Origin: Candidatus Hydrogenedentota bacterium
GTDB lineage: Bacteria; Hydrogenedentota; Hydrogenedentia; Hydrogenedentales; SLHB01
NCBI GenBank assembly: GCA_963674865.2
Contig: CAXXYE010000006.1
Location: 32,001-96,000, forward strand
Direction: 5' to 3'
Length of the DNA stretch: 64,000 bases
How positions within the stretch are numbered: the stretch's first letter is position 1; every line of letters begins with the position of its first letter. The position numbers were made by a program, and so were the translations under genes. Below the pieces are notes generated by a model, which was not told the DNA's origin, searched no databases, and saw only the letters and a list, made by a program, of their open reading frames with translations. Below are positions 58,507 to 64,000 of this stretch, one piece after another.

Positions 58507-58637
58507 GTGCCTGCTTTCCACTAACTTCCTCAGGATTCACACCGATGTATGGCGGGCTGTGCCGGCCATCATACCCGCTTCATGGGGCCCACCACCAATG
58601 CCGCCGCACGCCGGAGACATCCTGATATAATCAGCCC

Positions 58638-59357
58638 ATGGGGCAACGCCAGAGCCATCGAGGCAGGCATCCCGAAGATGCTCGGCTATTTGCAGCGAAA
58701 TGGGTCCCAGCGCTGCGGGACGCCGTCGCGGATCTCTCATTTCTCCTCTCGCGGGGCTATTCTGAGAAAGCCGCCCTGAAAGTGGTGGGGGATCATTACC
58801 AGTTGGCTTTGCGGCAGCGCCGCGCCATTCTGGGCGGGGCGTGTTCAGACACTTCCCTCGAGCGCCGGAACGCACATCGCATCACCGCGGCGGACCTTTG
58901 CGGGCAGTCCTTGACTGTCGACGGATACAACGCCTTGATCACGGCCGAAAGCGCCCTCGCGGGCGGCGTATTGCTCAAAGGAAGAGACGGATGCATCCGG
59001 GACCTGGCCAGCATTCATGGGTCGTATCGTAAGGTCGAAGAGACGCTGCCCGCCATTGCCATGATCGGGATGTTGCTGGAGAAGCTGCACGTGGGCGAGG
59101 TGACGTGGTATTTCGACGCTCCCGTGTCGAACAGCGGCAAACTCAAGGCGCTTCTGGGCGAGGAAGCGGCACGGCACGACTGGCCTTGGGCGGTCCGGTT
59201 AGCCAACAACTTGGACAAGCTGCTGGCCGCATCGCCGAGCATAGTGGTCACGGCGGATGGCTGGATCCTTGACCGCGCCGCGCGATGGGTGAATCTGACG
59301 GCCCGCATCGCGTCCGGCATACATCCTCCGCCGGAAGTCATCGACCTTGGCGAGTAG
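58638..59357 (+). CDS. DUF434 domain protein
   Basis: LLSRGY, VGDHYQL, VDGYN, DGCIRDLA, PVSNSG. Confidence 0.85.
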   Translation: MGQRQSHRGRHPEDARLFAAKWVPALRDAVADLSFLLSRGYSEKAALKVVGDHYQLALRQRRAILGGACSDTSLERRNAHRITAADLCGQSLTVDGYNALITAESALAGGVLLKGRDGCIRDLASIHGSYRKVEETLPAIAMIGMLLEKLHVGEVTWYFDAPVSNSGKLKALLGEEAARHDWPWAVRLANNLDKLLAASPSIVVTADGWILDRAARWVNLTARIASGIHPPPEVIDLGE

Positions 59358-59372
59358 CCGTAGGAGCAGAGG

Positions 59373-59711
59373 TCAACAGGTGAGGTGCATGCCGATGGCA
59401 ACATCCTCTCCACGGGACAGTGACTCGTTGAAGATGCGGACGGCCTCGCCGGTGCGTTCAGCGATGAGCCGGATGTTGCGGGCCTCGATGGATCGGCGGA
59501 AGTCTTTGGGAACACGCATGATACCGTAGGCCCCGGTTCCGATGATCAGGATGGCCGGCTTCTGGCCTAGAAGCGCCTCAATGTCCCGTTCGCAGACAGA
59601 ATGGCCTTTCTCGCGCCACCACGACGAGACCTCTCCCCGGTAGACAAGGATGTCGGAGGCGTAGTCCTTGCCGCCGCAGGTAACGCGGCCAAAGCTGTAG
59701 TGCTCAATCAT
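59373..59711 (-). CDS. Mth938-like (DUF498) protein
   Basis: IEHYSFG, WWREKGH, IIGTG, HLTC. Confidence 0.9.
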   Translation of the reverse strand: MIEHYSFGRVTCGGKDYASDILVYRGEVSSWWREKGHSVCERDIEALLGQKPAILIIGTGAYGIMRVPKDFRRSIEARNIRLIAERTGEAVRIFNESLSRGEDVAIGMHLTC

Positions 59712-60003
59712 CGTCCGGCCGTCACGCATCCTCAAGAATCTGAGGCAGCGCCGTGTTGTTCATCGGTAGACACCGTTTCCTCGGCCCATACGTTCGGAAA
59801 TCTTCCATATTCTAGCGCCAATCGGCTAAAATGCAAGTGTTGGGAACGTTCTTGGCGAGCCGGCTTGTGGCGAGGGTCGCAGCCCGGCTGGCCGACGCGA
59901 GGTGGCGCACTAACCTTCGTGAAGACCGGCCGGTTCGGTTGTTACCCCGGCATATCCTTGTTCTGAGCGGCGGCCTGGAGATGCGTAGTGCATTTGGACA
60001 GAT

Positions 60004-60888
60004 ATGGAAGATCATAAGATAGAGAACTTCCGAGAGAAACTGACAACGGAGCTGTACGGTGTAGAGGATCTGCCCACTCTCCCCGACATGGTCTTCATGC
60101 TGGAATCGGCGTTGCTCAATCCCTACGCCGATGCAAGGGAGATCTCCCAGATCCTCGGGGAGGATCCCAGTCTCACGGCGCGGGTCCTCAAGATGGCGAA
60201 CTCCGTCTATTACAGCAGCGCGGGGGGATCGATAACGTCGCTTCAAAACGCGATCGCCCGCGTGGGCTTCAATGAGGTGCGGAACCTGGTCACTACCGTC
60301 GCCCTCATTGAGACGTTCGGCGGCGTCGGCCCGCACCTCAACCACAATTTGTTCTGGAAACACAGCATTACGGTGGGTATCGCCGCTCGTTCGATCAAAA
60401 ACCTGAGCGAGAGTGCCAGCGCCTTTGACGAACACGAAGCCTACGTAGCAGGCCTCCTGCATGATATTGGCATCCTGCTGCTGGATCAGTTCTTCCCGGA
60501 CGTATTCCGTCAAGTCCGCGCCTACGCAGACGAGCAGGGCGTGCCGTACAATCAGGCGGAGCGGGAGCTGCTTGGCATGGACCACGGGGAGATCGGGGGC
60601 GTTCTGCTCGAGGAATGGAGCATTCCGGAGTCCGTCGTTGCTGCGGTTACGTGGCACCATCGGCCTGAAGATGCCGATCCGGCATACTCGCAGCTCGCGG
60701 AAACGGTGGAACTTGCGGATTTCGTGGGCATCAACCTCGGCATCGGCGAGGGTGGTGAGTTGAGGCCAAAACCGATCTCTGATGGAGTCTGGGATCACTT
60801 GGGCCTCGCGGTCGACGCAATTCCCACCATCATCGACCAGGTCTCGCGAGATGCCGTGATCTCTCAGACTCTGCTTTCCCTGGACTAG
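60004..60888 (+). CDS. HDOD domain protein
   Basis: LPTLP, DPSLTARVLKMANS, WKHS, GLLHDIG, DHGEIG, WHH. Confidence 0.93.
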   Translation: MEDHKIENFREKLTTELYGVEDLPTLPDMVFMLESALLNPYADAREISQILGEDPSLTARVLKMANSVYYSSAGGSITSLQNAIARVGFNEVRNLVTTVALIETFGGVGPHLNHNLFWKHSITVGIAARSIKNLSESASAFDEHEAYVAGLLHDIGILLLDQFFPDVFRQVRAYADEQGVPYNQAERELLGMDHGEIGGVLLEEWSIPESVVAAVTWHHRPEDADPAYSQLAETVELADFVGINLGIGEGGELRPKPISDGVWDHLGLAVDAIPTIIDQVSRDAVISQTLLSLD

Positions 60889-61004
60889 CCCGCCTTTTTG
60901 CATGTCCGCTGCGAAGACGGCTAAACGAAAGCACGACAAGGCTTTGCGCGCTCCGTGATGCCTATACCGCGCCGTCAAGCGCGCCCCGAGGACGGGAGGG
61001 AAGC

Positions 61005-62228
61005 GTGAGCGGATTATCAGCGGCTGTCTGGGCCGGGATCCTCCTGGCGGGAAATCCGGCCCCTCTAGTCCCTCCCAACACGGATGGAATAGGAGAGGTC
61101 CGCAGCGTCACGTATTACACGTTTGGCACAGAACTCTCGGACCTGGACCTGGAACACCTACGCGAGGATGTTGAGCGAGCGAAAGCGGCGGGATTCAATG
61201 GGATGTGGCTCGTGGTGCCATGGCGCACGCTCAGTCCCGTCGCGCTGCCGGATGCCGAGCTTAACCAAGCGGCGTGGGAGAAGTTGGACGCCGCTATCAG
61301 GCTCCTCACGGAGGAGAGGTTCCTCATCGTGTTTCCTCTGGGTTACCTGGGAAAGGGCTGGGCTCCCGATGGCATCCCGGACACGCGCGTCGATACCTGG
61401 ATTCTTGATGAGGCGATTTGGCAGGCGTTTCGGGCGCACGTGATACGTCTGACCCGCCGCTACGCCGACCTTCACAACATGCTGTGGCTGTTCTACAGCG
61501 AGAGCTTTCAAGGCCCCCTCAGTCTCTACGAGAACCAGGAGCAGGCCAAAGCGCACTTTCGAGCGTTCTGCCGAGGGCTAAATGCGGATATCGCCCATTG
61601 GAACGCCCGCTGGGGAAGTGACTATACATCTTTCTACGAGGTCGGCATGGATGACGGCCGGTTTCGGCAGGGAAACGCCCGCTGGGAGGATCATTTCAGG
61701 TGGATCTGCGCCGTGATGAGGAAACGCTATGGCCCTCTTGCGCGTGAACTCAAGGATCTCGTCCGGATCCATGGGCGGGTGGGCTTCCACGATAACGCGC
61801 TGATCGAGAAGGATTGGGCGAAGGGCGATTCCCCGATTCCGGAAGAGAGCCCGTACGATTTCCTGAGCTTCACGGCATACCTCGGACAGGAGCCGGTTCA
61901 GGTGGGCCTAAAGAATGCCGAGGAAGCGCTGGGCCGCTTCAGAGAGAAGTATCCGGAGGTTCCACTGATGATCGGCGAGGTGGGTGTCCCCACACTTGTG
62001 CGTGGGGAGGACGCTCAGGCGGCGTATCTTCGAAAGGTGGCGGAGTTCGCCGAAACAAGTGGCTTGGGCATCAATATATGGATGTGGAGGGACTTCGCGG
62101 GTGGGCCGGAGGATCAACGCTCATTCGGGCTGGTACGACTTGACGGAACGCATAAGCCAGCCCTGGGCGCCCTAGAAGACCTCTGGCGCAAACGACTCTC
62201 AGGCTCGCCCAAAACCACGTCAGAATAA
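61005..62228 (+). CDS. Clan GH-A-like glycoside hydrolase (GH5/GH42-like)
   Basis: AGFN..VPW, SE, WNARWG, IGEVG, WMW, FGL..DG..KP. Confidence 0.72.
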   Translation: MSGLSAAVWAGILLAGNPAPLVPPNTDGIGEVRSVTYYTFGTELSDLDLEHLREDVERAKAAGFNGMWLVVPWRTLSPVALPDAELNQAAWEKLDAAIRLLTEERFLIVFPLGYLGKGWAPDGIPDTRVDTWILDEAIWQAFRAHVIRLTRRYADLHNMLWLFYSESFQGPLSLYENQEQAKAHFRAFCRGLNADIAHWNARWGSDYTSFYEVGMDDGRFRQGNARWEDHFRWICAVMRKRYGPLARELKDLVRIHGRVGFHDNALIEKDWAKGDSPIPEESPYDFLSFTAYLGQEPVQVGLKNAEEALGRFREKYPEVPLMIGEVGVPTLVRGEDAQAAYLRKVAEFAETSGLGINIWMWRDFAGGPEDQRSFGLVRLDGTHKPALGALEDLWRKRLSGSPKTTSE

Positions 62229-63203
62229 CAGCAGCGCCAGTCCTCCGAGCGCCATCTTTCCGAGCGCTGTGAAAAGAATCCCGAAGAGCCAACTGAACAG
62301 GAAAAACAGCACGAAATCACTGAAGCTCAAGGAATAGACCTCGTACAGGAGATAGATGACAAGCACGAGGGCGAGCAATCCGCCCATTGGCAAGATGAGG
62401 CCGACTGCTAAGGGGATGAACATCTGCATTATGCGCATGATAAGGGCGACAATGCCGACGTGGAGCACGTTTCTCCATAGCGTGTCGCAGGGCAGGCGCC
62501 CTGAGATGGCAAGAGTGAGGTACAGGGCGGCAAAACATGCGGCGTATAGGAAGAACACCTGCATCACCTGTATCACGCGGCCCACAGTAGCCTCTTGAGC
62601 GGAGGTCATGGTTGCCGCCGGCCCCAGCAGGCCCAGGCCGACGCGCGCTTGCTCGGGCGGCGCCCGCTCCGGGAGGGGCTGGCGCGATTCGGTGATGGTC
62701 AGGATGACCACCAGCACAATCGTGGCCCACGCACTAGTCAAGAGTCCGACCTTGAAGTAGCGCGTCTCCTTGAATCTATCGAACCAGCCCGCGTCGGCGT
62801 CGTTCGCCTCCATTTCTTCCTGGAAGCGAGGCGGCCTTTCGGCGATCAATGCCGTACTGGCCGCCGTCATCTCGGGAGGCGGGATTGCCGGACTGGCGCT
62901 GTACTCAGCGGCAGCGATGTTGGCGCAGATATGACATACGTAGCCTTCGTCCGTTGTATATCTGTCCCAATCACCGCGCAGGAGCCTGCCGCACCTGGCG
63001 CAGCGCGGTTCGCCTCCGCCCAACACGTCGTTTTGAGGGGGCCGGACAGCGGCTCGGTTCTTCGGCGTTCCGGCCTTGACCGTGTTCGCCTCTGTCACGG
63101 CAAGGGCACGGCCGCATCCGGAGCATCGGATCATCATGCCGACGATATTCTCCGAAACACTGGCCTTGTGGCCGCAATCACATGTGCAAATCAGGTCTGC
63201 CAT
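62220..63203 (-). CDS. Double Zn-ribbon membrane protein
   Basis: CDCG..CSGCG and CARC..CHIC; C-terminal TM helices. Confidence 0.72.
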   Translation of the reverse strand: MADLICTCDCGHKASVSENIVGMMIRCSGCGRALAVTEANTVKAGTPKNRAAVRPPQNDVLGGGEPRCARCGRLLRGDWDRYTTDEGYVCHICANIAAAEYSASPAIPPPEMTAASTALIAERPPRFQEEMEANDADAGWFDRFKETRYFKVGLLTSAWATIVLVVILTITESRQPLPERAPPEQARVGLGLLGPAATMTSAQEATVGRVIQVMQVFFLYAACFAALYLTLAISGRLPCDTLWRNVLHVGIVALIMRIMQMFIPLAVGLILPMGGLLALVLVIYLLYEVYSLSFSDFVLFFLFSWLFGILFTALGKMALGGLALLLF

Positions 63204-63345
63204 GGTTCAGAATAGATACACCTTGTCGGTGCGCAGTATTCGTCACTTACCCATTGTATGATGCGGATACGGCACATAGCGATCATCGCAATCGCAAGAG
63301 TCCGGCCCCAGAGCACTTCGTCGCAAGGCCGAGACAGGAGAGAAC

Positions 63346-64000
63346 GTGAAGGCCCAACATGATCCCCAGGGAGACGGTTTCGAGATCTGTCAACCCATTC
63401 CTGATGATATACCAAGAATAGCCGACATCCACCAGGTGACCCGAGGTCCGAGACATCACTTCTGCAACTACTACGGGATATCCCCCTGGGACGCCAGCGG
63501 GCAACGCCTTCTCTGCCTTGAGACCGACCTTACAGGACGGGAGGTCGAGGCGGACGACCGGGCGCAGATATGCCTTATCGACCTCGAAACTGGCACATGC
63601 CATCAGGTGGCCCACACCGCAACCTGGAATCTCCAGCAGGGCGCCCTCGCCCAGTGGCGCGGCCCCGACCGCGCCCGTGAGATCGTCTTCAACGACTGCT
63701 TGGAAGGCCGCCTCGAGGCGGTCGTGCTTGATGTCGACACCGGCCGGCGCACCATGCTCCCCCGGCCCCTCGCAGGCATCGCTCATAGCGGGAAGATCGG
63801 CGCGAGCATCAGCTACGCGCGACTCCGCTGGACACGCCCCGGCTATGGCTACGCCCACGGGGAGGATCCGTCCGCCAAGGAGCTTCACCCTGAAAACGAC
63901 GGACTGCACATCATCGATCTGGAAACCGGCCGCCATGAGCTTATCGTTCCCATAGGGGAGATCTTTGAGGCCTATCCCCTGCCGCAGGGCCTCGAGAAGA
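63346..64000 (+). CDS. Hypothetical TolB-like/oligogalacturonate-lyase-like propeller protein (partial)
   Basis: AGGAG RBS, GTG start; HHFCNYYGISPW, TWNLQQGA, RPGYGY; open to window end, not in ORF track. Confidence 0.7.
   Translation, partial: MKAQHDPQGDGFEICQPIPDDIPRIADIHQVTRGPRHHFCNYYGISPWDASGQRLLCLETDLTGREVEADDRAQICLIDLETGTCHQVAHTATWNLQQGALAQWRGPDRAREIVFNDCLEGRLEAVVLDVDTGRRTMLPRPLAGIAHSGKIGASISYARLRWTRPGYGYAHGEDPSAKELHPENDGLHIIDLETGRHELIVPIGEIFEAYPLPQGLEK

Noticed and set aside
1..64000. CRISPR array, rRNA, riboswitch or prophage structural genes
   Set aside because: No repeat-spacer pattern, cas genes, rRNA, recognisable riboswitch or terminase/capsid genes seen; a covariance-model search was not possible

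Overview
This is a 64 kb window of a GC-rich bacterial chromosome. Gene content (DUF1080, DUF4091, URO-D-like proteins, a cohesin protein, an ECF sigma fusion) suggests a Hydrogenedentota/PVC-like lineage, which is inference only. The backbone holds housekeeping genes (lgt, priA, folC-accD, ilvN-pth-rplY-prs-tRNA-Gln, hppA, rnc-fabF-acpP) mixed with glycan-processing and membrane genes. The most unusual part is a ~11 kb accessory region right after tRNA-Lys (about 24093-35040), in which I found no integrase. It contains (i) a ParB-N/beta-class DNA methyltransferase, two divergent spore-photoproduct-lyase-like radical SAM genes and a divergent UvsE-like endonuclease, a candidate DNA modification/repair module; (ii) a 61-aa Gly-terminated protein paired with a papain/C39-like Cys enzyme; and (iii) decayed remnants (ParB paralog, 4Fe-4S domain, XRE HTH). 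Also found: an IS30-family element just upstream of the acpP promoter, two copies of a ~105 bp MITE-like element with TGA duplications at stop codons, a frameshifted cohesin/FN3 gene, and an entericidin-like lipoprotein missed by the ORF track. All calls come from motif recognition by eye; no searches were run.
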